In this document: positions 1-10,800 of the stretch, one piece after another | How the letters are laid out: each line of letters starts with the position of its first letter | Position numbering within the stretch: the stretch's first letter is position 1 | NCBI GenBank assembly: GCA_963793425.1 | Contig: CAWCAG010000009.1 | Location: 1,056,001-1,120,000 of the forward strand | Length of the DNA stretch: 64,000 bases | Reading direction: 5' to 3' | Source of the DNA: an uncultured cyanobacterium | Lineage (GTDB): Bacteria > Cyanobacteriota > Cyanobacteriia > Cyanobacteriales > CAWCAG01 | The notes under the pieces: model-generated | Told to the model about the DNA's origin: nothing | Databases searched by the model: none | Seen by the model: the letters and a program-made list of their open reading frames with translations, nothing else | Program-made: the position numbers and the translations under genes

Positions 1-132
1 ATCTTCCGCACCTTACCCCCCAATGCTTCCCCCGAAGCACGGCCAGTGATTTTAGCTGTGCAAGGTAGTCTCAATGGTGATCAACTATGGATTTTTAGCC
101 CTGAACCAATTCCTAATCAGGTTAAAGATTAA
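1..132 (+). CDS. 3' end of an unidentified CDS (truncated by window edge)
   Basis: Frame 1 is open from base 1 (IFRTLPPNASPEARPVILAVQGSLNGDQLWIFSPEPIPNQVKD) to TAA at 130-132, overlapping the convergent PhzF stop. Confidence 0.55.
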   Translation: MFRTLPPNASPEARPVILAVQGSLNGDQLWIFSPEPIPNQVKD

Positions 133-914
133 ACTAATTCTCCCCGCAAAACCGTCACAGCTTGCCCTGCTAAGAAAACGCGATTCCCGCCGTCGTAATT
201 TACTTTAACTGTGCCGCCTCGCCTTGATGCTTGGTAAGCTAAAAACTCATCTTTTCCTAGGCGATCGCGCCAAAAAGGAGCCAAACAACAATGGGCGGCT
301 CCCGTTACAGGATCTTCATTTATACCTAATTCTGGGGCAAAGAAGCGGGAAACAAAGTCATATTCTGAACCAGCACTAGTGACAATTACTTTTCCGAAAG
401 AGAGCTTTTTTAATAAGCCAAAATTTGGTTGCATTTGTTTGACTAATGCTGCTGATTCTACTTCTACTAAATAACCTAAAGAATTTTGCCAAACTGATTG
501 ACAAGGGACTCCTAAAGCTTGAGATAATTCTGGTGGTGTAGGAATACTTTGAGAAGGATTTGCAGGAAAGTTTAATTCAATCCAATCACCCTGCCGGCGC
601 GCAGTTAAGTCCCCACTCTTAGTATAAAAATAAGCTACTTCTTCTAGGGGTAAATGTCCTTCACTCCAAAGGACATGGGCGCTAGCCAAAGTAGCATGAC
701 CACACAAAGGAACTTCCACCGTTGGGGTAAACCAACGTAGATGATAACCTTTATTTTGGGGTAGTAAAAATGCTGTTTCTGATAAGTTCATTTCCGCTGC
801 GACTTGTTGCATCCATTCCTCATCCCTGGCCCTGTCTAAAACACATACAGCCGCAGGATTGCCAGCAAAGACTTGGCTAGTAAACGCATCTACTTGAATG
901 ATAGTTTGTTTCAA
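129..914 (-). CDS. PhzF family isomerase/epimerase
   Basis: VDAFT..GNPAAV, NLSETAF, EVPLCGHATLA and EDPVTGAAH motifs. Confidence 0.92.
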   Translation of the reverse strand: MKQTIIQVDAFTSQVFAGNPAAVCVLDRARDEEWMQQVAAEMNLSETAFLLPQNKGYHLRWFTPTVEVPLCGHATLASAHVLWSEGHLPLEEVAYFYTKSGDLTARRQGDWIELNFPANPSQSIPTPPELSQALGVPCQSVWQNSLGYLVEVESAALVKQMQPNFGLLKKLSFGKVIVTSAGSEYDFVSRFFAPELGINEDPVTGAAHCCLAPFWRDRLGKDEFLAYQASRRGGTVKVNYDGGNRVFLAGQAVTVLRGELV

Positions 915-952
915 AATGTTTCCCCTGATTTAAGCAAAGTTTAGGCTATCAA

Positions 953-1092
953 TATAGCAATTCTCTTACTTGTGAGATACAGCCTGGTTTTCGCTAACGG
1001 CTAATGGCTAATGGCTAGTAGCTAGGCAAGGAACAGAGTTAATAAATCCTTGGGCTTATAAGTATTGTTAAACCAACCAGAAACGACCTTAT
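953..1092. mobile_element. Degenerate MITE related to the 9127-9217 element
   Basis: TA + TAGCAATTCTCTTACTTGTGAGATACA GCCTGGTTTT matches the reverse complement of the right end of the 9127-9217 element; internal GGCTAAT heptamers; right boundary uncertain. Confidence 0.55.
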
Positions 1093-1139
1093 GCTTAATT
1101 GTATAAAGAAAATAGACTTGACAAAATTGAGGTAATGGG

Positions 1140-3518
1140 TTGAAAAAAATTTTTGCTCGTATCATTCTTTTCTTCTATACAGTAGGCTTAGGGATTTTAT
1201 TTACTTTCAATGCCTTACGTAAAAAAGCCCGCGCTACCCATAAATATGGCGTAGGAGGAGCAGGAATTGCCAAAATTATTGATCATCCTCAATTCCCGGA
1301 ACACGAATTTTTTCAGGCAGGCAGGGTTTTTCCTCTACGCCTGCGTCATGCCACAGTAACTTATCCTGATGAGGCAGCTAAGGATATTCGTAGCGTTTCG
1401 CTTAAGTTTTCTGATCATGAGAAGGAAAGTCCTTTAGATATTGTCATGAATACTGCCCCCCAAACTTTCCGACATATTGTCGGTTTTTGGCGATTTGCTC
1501 TTAGTTCTATTCTGAAAAAGAAGCCTGATGAACCGGTTAGTTCTTTAGGATTAAAGGAATACTGTAATTATGACTCTCATCAGCGGCTAATTTTTACAAC
1601 CGCTTTACGTCGCGCCCCTGAGAGCTTTACCCAAGTTTATTATCATTCTCAACTTGTCAACTATTTTAAGGCTGAAGATGGCAAAATCCGTTATGTAAAA
1701 TATCGCTTAATACCAGAAAATCGGGGGAAAGAGTCTGGTTTGCAAAGTGAAGAAGATGCCCAAACTCCTTGGTTACAAAAACGTTATCCTCAAGAAAAGA
1801 AGCGCCAAGATTATTTAAGTTTAGAATATATTGAAAGGGCCTCTAAAGAACCGATTATCTACCACCTACAACTACGTCTCCATGAAGATACAGGGGATGT
1901 AAAAGAGATTTGTCGCCAGGATCGGCCATGGAGTGAGGAGACTTCCCCTTGGTTAGACTTAGCCACCGTTACTATTCAGCGTCCGCTTACTTTCCAAGAA
2001 ACAGAAAAACTCACCTTTAATATTGGGACTCAACCTCCATCTTTGGGTATAGTAGATGGCAAGTCTATCTATGACCCTAACTCCATTAATTATGCGCGTA
2101 CTCGCGTTTATGGATTTTCTCAAGCAGTTCGCTACATTATCTACAAAATGAGTAAGTTCAAAAATCCTAAAGAAGAGTTTGTTTATCATGGGCAACCGGG
2201 TAAAGATTTACCCCGTTTTGACTTTAATAAAAAGTTGCCTAAACGAGTAGATGTCACCAAGAAATATAAGGCACAGGTAGGTTTAAATCTTCTCCCTGCT
2301 GTTAAAATTCTTAAATTTATTCCTATATTAGGTATTGTTGGTAGCGAGAAAATGATGGGGGCAAAAGCACCTAAATGGATGCCCACAAATTTAACTCGCT
2401 GTCGTTTAGATCGAGATAGTGATGAATTTTTTGTTGAACGCCGCCTTAATGGTTTCAATCCCGGCAAAATTAATCTTGAAAAGGATGCCAGTAAGGAGTG
2501 GCAATATTACGTTAGATACGATTGTAGTAAGTATGAAGTTGAGCCGGCAGGAATTTTACCCCAGGTAACAGAGGCACGCTTTCAGTTAATAGATGAAGAA
2601 TTAAAAGTTCACTCTATTGAATATACTTTGCAAAAGGAAACAAAAACCGTTTTCCCTAGCGAAAAAGATTGGAGTTTTGCTAAACGCCTTTTCCGCAGTG
2701 CCGAGTTTGTTTTCCAAGAAATTCAATCCCATTTAGGGCGTACCCATATGAATATGGATCAGTACGCTATGGCTTTTTATCGCAATATTGTTGATAATCC
2801 GATCAAGTCTCTTTTAGAACCCCATTTTGAAGGTTTAATTAGTATTGATAAAAATGGTGCAACTTCAATTCTCGGTTACGAAGGATTCATCCCTCAAGCT
2901 TCTGTCCTCACCAGCGATGACGTACATCGCCTTTTAATTGAAGAGGTGAGTCAGCTAAGTTACAAATGGACACCAGAGGTTATTAAACTCCCAGATTATA
3001 TCAAGAATAACTATTTCGACCCTGCCGCTAGTGCCATGTGGGGAATTATTGAAGAATATGTGGGAGAGTTTTTCGCTCAAAACGAAAATGCTATCAAACA
3101 TTATTGGTCAGAAGTTGTCGGAATGTCTGAGGATTTGGTTAAACATTCTATCCTCGAATCCACTTCAAAAACCTTAGCAGTTAATAATATAAATGAGCTT
3201 AAACAATTATGCGTTTATGTTATTTACCACAACACTTTTGTCCATTCCTGGGTTAATAATAAACAATACGATGATGGTGGCGATGTAGAGTATACACCTT
3301 TCGGTTTATGGGATGAGAATCATCCTAGTTATGATGTTAAAACTGAAGCGAAAAGACAGGCGAAACAAACGATTTTGATGTGGACTCTTTCTAATGTCCG
3401 TTACAACCCCATAATGGATGTAGGACCAGGAAATTTAAAAGAGTTACTTTGGCAGCACCGTCAAGAAATTGAACCAGGTATTGCCCTTGCTGATTTGATG
3501 ATGAGTATTCATATTTAA
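1140..3518 (+). CDS. Catalase-like (allene oxide synthase/hydroperoxide lyase type) heme domain fused to a lipoxygenase
   Basis: N-half: RATH (distal His), VMNT (Asn), RTRVY (proximal Tyr). C-half: QSHLGRTH, HSWVNNKQ and C-terminal SIHI, the LOX iron ligands. TTG start preceded by GAGGT. Confidence 0.88.
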   Translation: MKKIFARIILFFYTVGLGILFTFNALRKKARATHKYGVGGAGIAKIIDHPQFPEHEFFQAGRVFPLRLRHATVTYPDEAAKDIRSVSLKFSDHEKESPLDIVMNTAPQTFRHIVGFWRFALSSILKKKPDEPVSSLGLKEYCNYDSHQRLIFTTALRRAPESFTQVYYHSQLVNYFKAEDGKIRYVKYRLIPENRGKESGLQSEEDAQTPWLQKRYPQEKKRQDYLSLEYIERASKEPIIYHLQLRLHEDTGDVKEICRQDRPWSEETSPWLDLATVTIQRPLTFQETEKLTFNIGTQPPSLGIVDGKSIYDPNSINYARTRVYGFSQAVRYIIYKMSKFKNPKEEFVYHGQPGKDLPRFDFNKKLPKRVDVTKKYKAQVGLNLLPAVKILKFIPILGIVGSEKMMGAKAPKWMPTNLTRCRLDRDSDEFFVERRLNGFNPGKINLEKDASKEWQYYVRYDCSKYEVEPAGILPQVTEARFQLIDEELKVHSIEYTLQKETKTVFPSEKDWSFAKRLFRSAEFVFQEIQSHLGRTHMNMDQYAMAFYRNIVDNPIKSLLEPHFEGLISIDKNGATSILGYEGFIPQASVLTSDDVHRLLIEEVSQLSYKWTPEVIKLPDYIKNNYFDPAASAMWGIIEEYVGEFFAQNENAIKHYWSEVVGMSEDLVKHSILESTSKTLAVNNINELKQLCVYVIYHNTFVHSWVNNKQYDDGGDVEYTPFGLWDENHPSYDVKTEAKRQAKQTILMWTLSNVRYNPIMDVGPGNLKELLWQHRQEIEPGIALADLMMSIHI

Positions 3519-3630
3519 ACTACACTTCACAGGAAAAATTCGTGATTAAGCTTAGACGAACAGAAACGCACTGTTAAAAAAAATAAGCAGGAGGGAATCG
3601 CCTTTCCCGTAATTTCTCGCAAAACGGAAT

Positions 3631-3664
3631 AAAAAAATCTCCCTAGTTTAGAACTGGGAGATTT
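3631..3664. terminator. Hairpin terminator between convergent LOX fusion and rbp
   Basis: AAATCTCCC...GGGAGATTT stem with an A-run (U-tail on the minus strand). Confidence 0.55.
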
Positions 3665-3760
3665 ATAAGGGTTGAGGTTAGAGAAGTCAGTTGAACTTCT
3701 CTAAAAGTAGTTAGCTACTTGGTTCCTCGAAGAGTTGATTTTAAAATTCAACAAGCATTT

Positions 3761-4045
3761 CTAGAAACGGTTGTTTCGACGACCGCCGCCACCTCTATTT
3801 TCTTCACGAGGTTTAGCTTTATTAACTTTTAGGACACGATCCATCCACTCTGCGCCATCTAGAGCGCTAATGGCTTCATCTTCGTTGGCTTCGGATTCCA
3901 TCTCGACGAAAGCAAACCCGCGCATACGACCTGTTTCGCGATCGCTAGGAATATGAACCCGCTTAACGGTTCCATACTCGGCAAAGACTTCATTTAAGTC
4001 TTCTTGCTTAACTTCGTAAGATAAATTGCCTACATAAATCGACAT
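3761..4045 (-). CDS. rbp: RRM RNA-binding protein (cyanobacterial Rbp family)
   Basis: SIYVGNLS (RNP2), RGFAFVEM (RNP1), short Gly/Arg tail. Confidence 0.95.
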   Translation of the reverse strand: MSIYVGNLSYEVKQEDLNEVFAEYGTVKRVHIPSDRETGRMRGFAFVEMESEANEDEAISALDGAEWMDRVLKVNKAKPREENRGGGGRRNNRF

Positions 4046-4412
4046 ATTTTGTTTGTCTTCTCAGTGAGTGTTGTGTTTAGAGAGACAGAATTATTCAGAA
4101 AGCAATAGCTCAATACTTTACGGAAAAAACCTTTAGATACTGGATGCAAACTTAATCGTCAATAATTATGATTCTCAGTCTAAATAGTAACACTTTTATC
4201 GATGAAAACACACCATTCTATTTTTTCTAATGATTTGTTTAGATTTTGAGTGCTGAAAAAAAAATATAGTTCTCTGTTTTCGCTATCCAAAACTACAGCG
4301 ACGTAAAGGTTTCGCTGTGGCGTGATCGGAGCAAATAGCGATCGCGAGATGAACCATAACGATCCCCCGTGAACCGAAACTATAATCGTAAGAAAGCTTT
4401 GGAGAGAAATTG

Positions 4413-4637
4413 ATGACATTGCAGGAGTTGCAAAAGCAAGCATTACAGTTGTCAATTGGCAATCGCTGGCGTTTAGTTCAATCCTTGCTTGGCTCAATTA
4501 AACAAGAAACCTTACTATTTGGTTCTCCAAACCTAAATATGAATTTGGTTACTGGGCTTGTTCCCTGGACTCAAGGCTTAATCGGCACTATTTGGCTAAG
4601 CCCAGAAGAACTAACAAAATCCTATATAGCAAAGTAG
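4413..4637 (+). CDS. Small hypothetical protein, addiction-module-component-like; paralog of the N-terminus of 6919-7419
   Basis: MTLQELQKQALQLSIGNRWRLVQSLL; TATAAT at 4381-4386 and GGAGAG RBS upstream. Confidence 0.6.
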   Translation: MTLQELQKQALQLSIGNRWRLVQSLLGSIKQETLLFGSPNLNMNLVTGLVPWTQGLIGTIWLSPEELTKSYIAK

Positions 4638-4649
4638 CCCTAGACAAAG

Positions 4650-5303
4650 ATGAAGCCAATTTTGAACATTGAAGGCTTGTGTAGTGAGGCTGCCAAGCTT
4701 GCTGAAATAGAATCTTTATACAACGAGCCTACAATTTACGGTGTAACAGATGGAAAAGCTGTTGGAACTTATTTTGAACATAAGTTTAAAGCTTATTTAT
4801 CTGAAAACTACAGTTATCAACCAGGTAATTCAGCTTCAGGCATTGATATTCCTAGTCTTGAAGTTGATATAAAAGTAACAAGTATTAAACAGCCGCAATC
4901 ATCTTGTCCTTTCAAGTCAGCAACTCAAAAAGTATTTGGACTAGGACATCATCTTTTAGTTTTTGTTTATGAGAAATATGATGATCATGCCAATAAAACT
5001 GGAAGGTTAAATATGCAGCACACAATTTTCATAGATAAAAGTAGAACAGCAGATTTTCAGACAACTAAAGGCATCATAGACATTCTCAATCGAGATGGTA
5101 ATAAAGATGACATAATTGCTTTTATAATGGAGAGAAATTTGCCTGTTGATGACATTGGTGCAAATCAGTTAGGTGAAAGAATATTAGAATCGCCTCCAAA
5201 TCTGGGCTACTTAACAATTTCCAATGCTCTTCAATGGAGATTGCAATACAGTCGAGTTATTCAGCAAGCTGGTAGTATTTCAGGCATAATTAGAGTTCGA
5301 TAA
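4650..5303 (+). CDS. Type II restriction endonuclease, NspV-like
   Basis: 217 aa; GVTDGKAVGTY, GIDIP..VDIKVTS (PD-(D/E)xK-like), QPQSSCPF; directly upstream of an adenine MTase. Confidence 0.8.
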   Translation: MKPILNIEGLCSEAAKLAEIESLYNEPTIYGVTDGKAVGTYFEHKFKAYLSENYSYQPGNSASGIDIPSLEVDIKVTSIKQPQSSCPFKSATQKVFGLGHHLLVFVYEKYDDHANKTGRLNMQHTIFIDKSRTADFQTTKGIIDILNRDGNKDDIIAFIMERNLPVDDIGANQLGERILESPPNLGYLTISNALQWRLQYSRVIQQAGSISGIIRVR

Positions 5304-5306
5304 ATA

Positions 5307-6824
5307 ATGGTGAAAAAAATATCAGATAAGTGGCAGTTTGGCGACTTTCAAACTCCTAATAATCTTGCTAACAAAGTAGTAAAAATTCTCAGGTTAAATC
5401 ATAAAATAGCACCACAAGTTATTATTGAGCCATGCTGCGGTCAAGGAGTATTTGTTAAAGTAGCTCTCAAAGAGTTTAAAAAAGCAAAAATAATTGGCTT
5501 AGATATTAATGAAAAGTATGTTGAAGAAGCAATAAATTCTATATCTAAATACCCGAATTCAGAAAATGCTATTGTAGAAAAGTCTGACTTTTTTAACACT
5601 GATTGGCAGGATCTAATTTCTCAACAATTGGGTTATATTTTAATAATTGGTAATCCTCCTTGGGTTACAAGCAGTGAACTAAGTGTTCTTAATAGTCAAA
5701 ATCTTCCGGCTAAATCGAACTTTCATAATAGGCGAGGTATTGAAGCTATAACAGGTTCAGGAAACTTTGATATTTCTGAGTGGATGCTTCTACAACAGGT
5801 CGAATGGTTATCAAAAAGAGAAGGTACTATAGCTACTTTATGCAAGTTCTCTGTGGCTAGAAAGGTCATGCTTAAAGTGAGAAAAAAGTTAGGAAGTAGA
5901 TTTTCTACTTGTGTTTATTTAATAGATGCAAAAGCCTATTTCGGAGTATCAGTAGAAGCTTGCTTATTTGTTTTATCAACTAATAAAAATGAGGTTGATT
6001 GCGAAGTTTATGGAAATTTAGAAGCGGAGAAGCCATCTTATACAATTGGACAAAGAGATGGGCTAATGCTCAAGGATACAGTTAAATATGAGAAGTGGAG
6101 ACATTTATTAGGTCAAAATTTGAGATATGTATGGCGTTCTGGAGTTAAACACGACTGTTCTAAAATAATGGAACTAGAACGAGTTAATGATACTTTATTC
6201 CAAAATGGATTAGGAGAAAAATATATTTTAGAAGAAGACTACTTATATCCTCTTTTGAAAAGCTCAGATATTGGCAATGGTAGAACTGATTATTACCGGA
6301 AACTTGTTTTAATTACCCAGCAGGCAGTCGGAGAAGATACAAGCCTTATTCAACATAAAGCACCTCAAACCTGGCAATATTTACTTGAACATAAAAAGTT
6401 CTTTGAAAATAGAAAAAGTTCAATTTATAAAAATAAGCCATCATATTCTATTTTTGGCGTTGGCCCTTATTCTTTCAAAAGCTGGAAAGTGGCAATTTCA
6501 GGATTTTATAAAAGATTAAATTTTTGTCTTATTCATCCTTTAGATGGAAAACCAGTTATATTTGATGATACTGTTAATTTTTTATCTTTTGATACTGAAG
6601 AAGAAGCAAAGTTTATATTTAACCTGGTTACATCGCCTCCTTCGTTAGAGTTTCTCGATTATATGATTTTTTGGGATGAAAAAAGACCAATAACTATAGA
6701 TATTCTAAAGCGATTATCCCTTAAAGCTGTTGCTAAAGAATTGGGTGTTTTGGAAGAATATCTACATTGGGCTAAGGCTATTCAGATTAATGCTACAGGT
6801 CAGTTAGAGTTGGGGTTAGCATGA
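5307..6824 (+). CDS. N6-adenine DNA methyltransferase (gamma class), cognate of the upstream REase
   Basis: GDFQTP (motif X), IEPCCGQG (motif I), IIGNPPW (motif IV). Confidence 0.9.
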   Translation: MVKKISDKWQFGDFQTPNNLANKVVKILRLNHKIAPQVIIEPCCGQGVFVKVALKEFKKAKIIGLDINEKYVEEAINSISKYPNSENAIVEKSDFFNTDWQDLISQQLGYILIIGNPPWVTSSELSVLNSQNLPAKSNFHNRRGIEAITGSGNFDISEWMLLQQVEWLSKREGTIATLCKFSVARKVMLKVRKKLGSRFSTCVYLIDAKAYFGVSVEACLFVLSTNKNEVDCEVYGNLEAEKPSYTIGQRDGLMLKDTVKYEKWRHLLGQNLRYVWRSGVKHDCSKIMELERVNDTLFQNGLGEKYILEEDYLYPLLKSSDIGNGRTDYYRKLVLITQQAVGEDTSLIQHKAPQTWQYLLEHKKFFENRKSSIYKNKPSYSIFGVGPYSFKSWKVAISGFYKRLNFCLIHPLDGKPVIFDDTVNFLSFDTEEEAKFIFNLVTSPPSLEFLDYMIFWDEKRPITIDILKRLSLKAVAKELGVLEEYLHWAKAIQINATGQLELGLA

Positions 6825-6918
6825 TTAGTGAATAGGAGACTAAATGCAAGTGTTCGTAACTATCGTGCCTTGAGAAGAAACCGTTTACAATAATCCCAAA
6901 AGCTGTGGAGAGGAACTG

Positions 6919-7419
6919 ATGACATTACAGGAATTACAAAATCAGGTATTACAATTGTCAGTTGGAGATCGCTGGCATTTAGTTCAATCCTTGCTTGGCT
7001 CAATTAAACAAGAAACCCTATCATTGAATTCCTCAGACTCAAGTGGCAATGAAATTTCAGGACTTAATCCTTGGAGGCAAAGCTTAATAGGCTTAATTCA
7101 GCCAAGCCCAGAAAACCAGACCACTCCCTATGACCTAACTTTAGAACTAAGTGATCAGGTTTTTGCTGCTATTATGCAACAAGCCCAAGCAGTTGGTGTT
7201 TCTCCGGAAAGATTAGCAACAACTTTACTTGAGAAGGAATTTAGTCAAGCTTTTAAGTTATTTAAAAGTGAGGCTGAAAAAGGTGCAGCACGAGCAAGAT
7301 TTGAGGCTCATTTTGGTACATTAGAATCAAGTGATTTAATGAGTTTAGATAATGAGAGTATCGATGCTGATTTAGCTAGAGAATATGCCAGTAAGCATGA
7401 AGAAGAGTATGCTTCTTGA
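6919..7419 (+). CDS. Putative antitoxin (addiction-module-like N-terminus fused to an RHH-like VapB region)
   Basis: Overlaps the downstream PIN gene; LTLELSDQVFAAIMQQA..VSPERLA RHH-like segment. Confidence 0.6.
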   Translation: MTLQELQNQVLQLSVGDRWHLVQSLLGSIKQETLSLNSSDSSGNEISGLNPWRQSLIGLIQPSPENQTTPYDLTLELSDQVFAAIMQQAQAVGVSPERLATTLLEKEFSQAFKLFKSEAEKGAARARFEAHFGTLESSDLMSLDNESIDADLAREYASKHEEEYAS

Positions 7420-7810
7420 TACATCTGGACTTCTCTGTCTGCAATTTTTAACTGAACCATTTCATACCCAAGCTTGTACCGAGTATCAGAAGGCAACTAA
7501 TAGATTAACTCATAATTACATCATTGCTGAGTATGTAGCACTTGCTAATGCGAGACGCTTTTCGCGATCTTCTGTTCTTAATTTTATTGTTGATTTGTTA
7601 AGTAATCCAGACATAGAAACTGTGTGGATTGATGAATCTTTAAATAGAGAAGCAGTTGAGCTATTGATTGCACGACCAGACAAATCTTATTCTCTGTGTG
7701 ATGCTGTTAGCTTCGTTTTGATGCGTCAACGTGGAATTACTAAGGCACTGACAACTGACCGTCATTTTGAGCAAGAAGGTTTTGTTAGACTCTTGCAGTT
7801 ATCTATTTGA
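7409..7810 (+). CDS. vapC: PIN-domain VapC toxin
   Basis: MLLDTSG, YIIAEY, YSLCDAVSF, ALTTDRHF; ATG at 7409 preferred over 7385. Confidence 0.9.
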   Translation: MLLDTSGLLCLQFLTEPFHTQACTEYQKATNRLTHNYIIAEYVALANARRFSRSSVLNFIVDLLSNPDIETVWIDESLNREAVELLIARPDKSYSLCDAVSFVLMRQRGITKALTTDRHFEQEGFVRLLQLSI

Positions 7811-7890
7811 GCAATTCTCTTTCCTATCGATTTATACAAACTCCATAAAGCTATACTCATAGATGAAATAGCTGATCATAAACGCTTCCC

Positions 7891-10800
7891 ATGGAAAATG
7901 AGGCTCGAAGTATTCCTTCTTGGCTAGAAGAAAGTCCAGGCTCAAAAGTTAAGCCTCCCGTTCAAACAAAAATTCAAGAACTACCATTTGATAAATTAAC
8001 CTGGGAGAATTTTGAAAGACTATGCTTACGTTTAGTCAGGAAAGAAGCAAACGTAGAGCATTGTCAACTGTATGGTCAACGAGGCGATAATCAAGAGGGC
8101 ATTGATATCTATGCGAGATTGCTGGATAGAGACAAATATACTGTCTATCAGTGTAAACGAGAGAAGAACTTTGGCCCTGCAAAAATCAAATCAGCAGTCG
8201 ATAAATTCCTAAAGGGTAAATGGGCTAAACGAACAAACTGTTTCGTATTATGCACTCAAGAAAGCTTAAGACACAAAAACCGTGCTGATGAATTTAAAAG
8301 CCAAAGTGAAAAGCTCAGAAATGAAGGAATTTCTTTCATTGCCTGGGATGAGGATTATCTATCTAACACGCTCAAAAATTATCCTGATATTGTAGAAGAC
8401 TTCTTTGGTAAGCCTTGGGTAAATGCTTTCTGTAGTAAGACACAAGTAGATAATGTCAGCAACGAATCAGAAAAAGATATTTGTGTTGAGGAATATCAAT
8501 TATGGCTTGCGAAGAAAACATCTTCCTTTGTGATTCCGACGTTAGGTAAAACATTTTCTATAGCTACTGATTGGTTGCCGAGAAAAGCACTTTGCATTCA
8601 AGCAGATAAAGAAAGTTTTGATGTAGAACTAATTACAGAACTATATAAACGTTGCCTTATAATAGGCAATTCTGCTAGTGGTAAAAGTACGCTTGTCCGA
8701 AGATTGGCAAACTGTTTGACTCAGAAAAGAAAGAAAGTTTTGCTAGTACGTCTGCCAGATGTACTTCGTTTATATCAGCAAGGAAAGACCTTTACTGATG
8801 CTATTTTAGATTGCTCTATTGATGGTTCAAATATTGACCATTCTTTATTACGATTAGCGCTTAATAATCCTGACTACTTGTTAGCAGATGGTTTAGATGA
8901 ATGTAATACAGATAGAGCAGACATTGCTAGAAAATTGATGTCTTGGGCGGATGGTCATTCAACAACTAGAGTTATAGTAGCCAGTCGAAAAAATTGTATA
9001 CCGGAATCGTTATCGAATTGGCCACAATTGGAATTACAGCAACTCAATAAAGAGGAGATTCAGAAATTCTTTTCAAAGATTTTGAGTGCTGCTTCAGAAG
9101 AAAAATCGAAGCTTGAGGAAAAGTTATAGCCTTTCTCGGACTGATGAGGTACATTTCCACTAGCCACTAGCCAAAGCGCAAAAACCAGGCTGTACCTCAC
9201 TAGCCTAAGAATCGCTATAGCACTAATTGAAACAATTTTCCAAAACGAAAAAACATTATCTCTAGCACAGGAAAGTCCTCTCCTAGCTGGTTTTATTATT
9301 AGATTGGTTTTATCAGACGTAGATATCACTCAGAAGAATCGAACTGAACTTTATGAGGCGATAGTTAATCTCGCTTATGGTCATTCACCGGAGTTTAGGA
9401 AGTCTATTGAGCTTAGCAAGCGCAGTGCAAAGAGGTTTTTTTGTGTAGCTGGTTGGAAGCTAATGCAGAAACCTTCAATAACTGAAGATGAACTTGTAGA
9501 AGAATTAGTTCAAGAGCTTCAAACAATGGGTTACACTCTACAAGAAGCTGAAAATGAGACTGAGAAAGGCATTCAATTTTGGGAAGATAAACGTATTTTT
9601 TGTCGCTCCACTTTTGGACATAAAGATAGGGTCAGTTTTGTGCATTTATCTTTGTGCGAATATGCAGCAGGTAAATATGTTTCTCAACTAAACGACACGG
9701 CTTTGCAAAATTGGCTTAAGGAAGCTAAGAGAGATACTAGATGGAAAGAAACAATATGTTTTGCATCCAGCTTAGGTATGGGAGAAAAGGTTGTCAGATG
9801 CTTACTTGATTTAAACGATTCAAGAGATTTAGATTTCCCTGAAATAATACTAGCTTTAGCAGTCACTATAGAGAACAAAAACATTCCAGCAGAGTTGTTA
9901 GAGACTTTAATATCTCGAATCCAACCTCAACTAGAGTCATCTGAGCCTGACAATATCTTTGAAATTACAGTAGGACTATTATCTATATTGCCAAAAGCCT
10001 CTAACTTGATTGGTGATTTAGCTAAAACTTTACTTGAAAATGACAATTTTCATACTCGTATAGCTGCTACAAGGCTTATTTTAGCTTGTAAAGAGGAAAA
10101 CATTTGTCTAGATAAATTAACTCAGTTAATCAAAGAGATTTTATCAAATCCTATACCTAATATGAGATTATCATTTATGATTGGAGACAAAGGAAGCAAA
10201 AAATATGAGTGGGATATTAGAAATGAGATTATATTTTCTGGTTGTCAATTACTTCTGAAAAAGCGGCAAAATATTGAGACTCATAACCAGATATTGTTAT
10301 TAATTTCTGAATGTTCTTTCATCGGTGCAGGTATAGTAGACTCAGTGAAGGAATTGTTGTCAAACAGCGCATCAACAAAGTTGCAGACAGAAGACGCAAA
10401 AGAATGGATTTCTTTTCTGCAAAAGCTCACACCTTCTGATAGTTTTCCTAAAAAACTAAAACTAGAATCTCCCAAAGACATCTTGAGGAAACTTAAAATC
10501 TCAGAGAGAGCTAGATTGGCTGATAAGACATTTCTAGAATCAATTTTTCGCATAGTTGGAGTACCCCAAGAACACGAAAAGCTTAAATATTCTTCTGTTG
10601 GAATAGAATTAGTTGCTTTAGGAACTCTTTTTAAGGGAATGGGGTTGTGGCACATACCAATAACTGCATGGAATATTTTGAGTAATTGTGATGACCCTGA
10701 AGCTGTTGATACTGTTCTTAAGGGTATGATTATTGCTTTAGACATTGATCAAGAGAGGCTTATGGCTGAAGCATCAAAGGTTCTAAATGATATAGAACGT

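Noticed and set aside
129..914. Phenazine biosynthesis cluster
   Set aside because: Lone PhzF-family gene with no other phz genes; stand-alone homologues are widespread
4180..4497. 105-aa minus-strand ORF
   Set aside because: Antisense to the 4413 ORF and runs through AT-rich promoter DNA; no motif
9060..9329. Sequencing frameshift, or a real minus-strand 89-aa ORF, as the cause of the NACHT split
   Set aside because: Both halves are in the same frame and the gap is fully explained by a TIR/TA-flanked insertion
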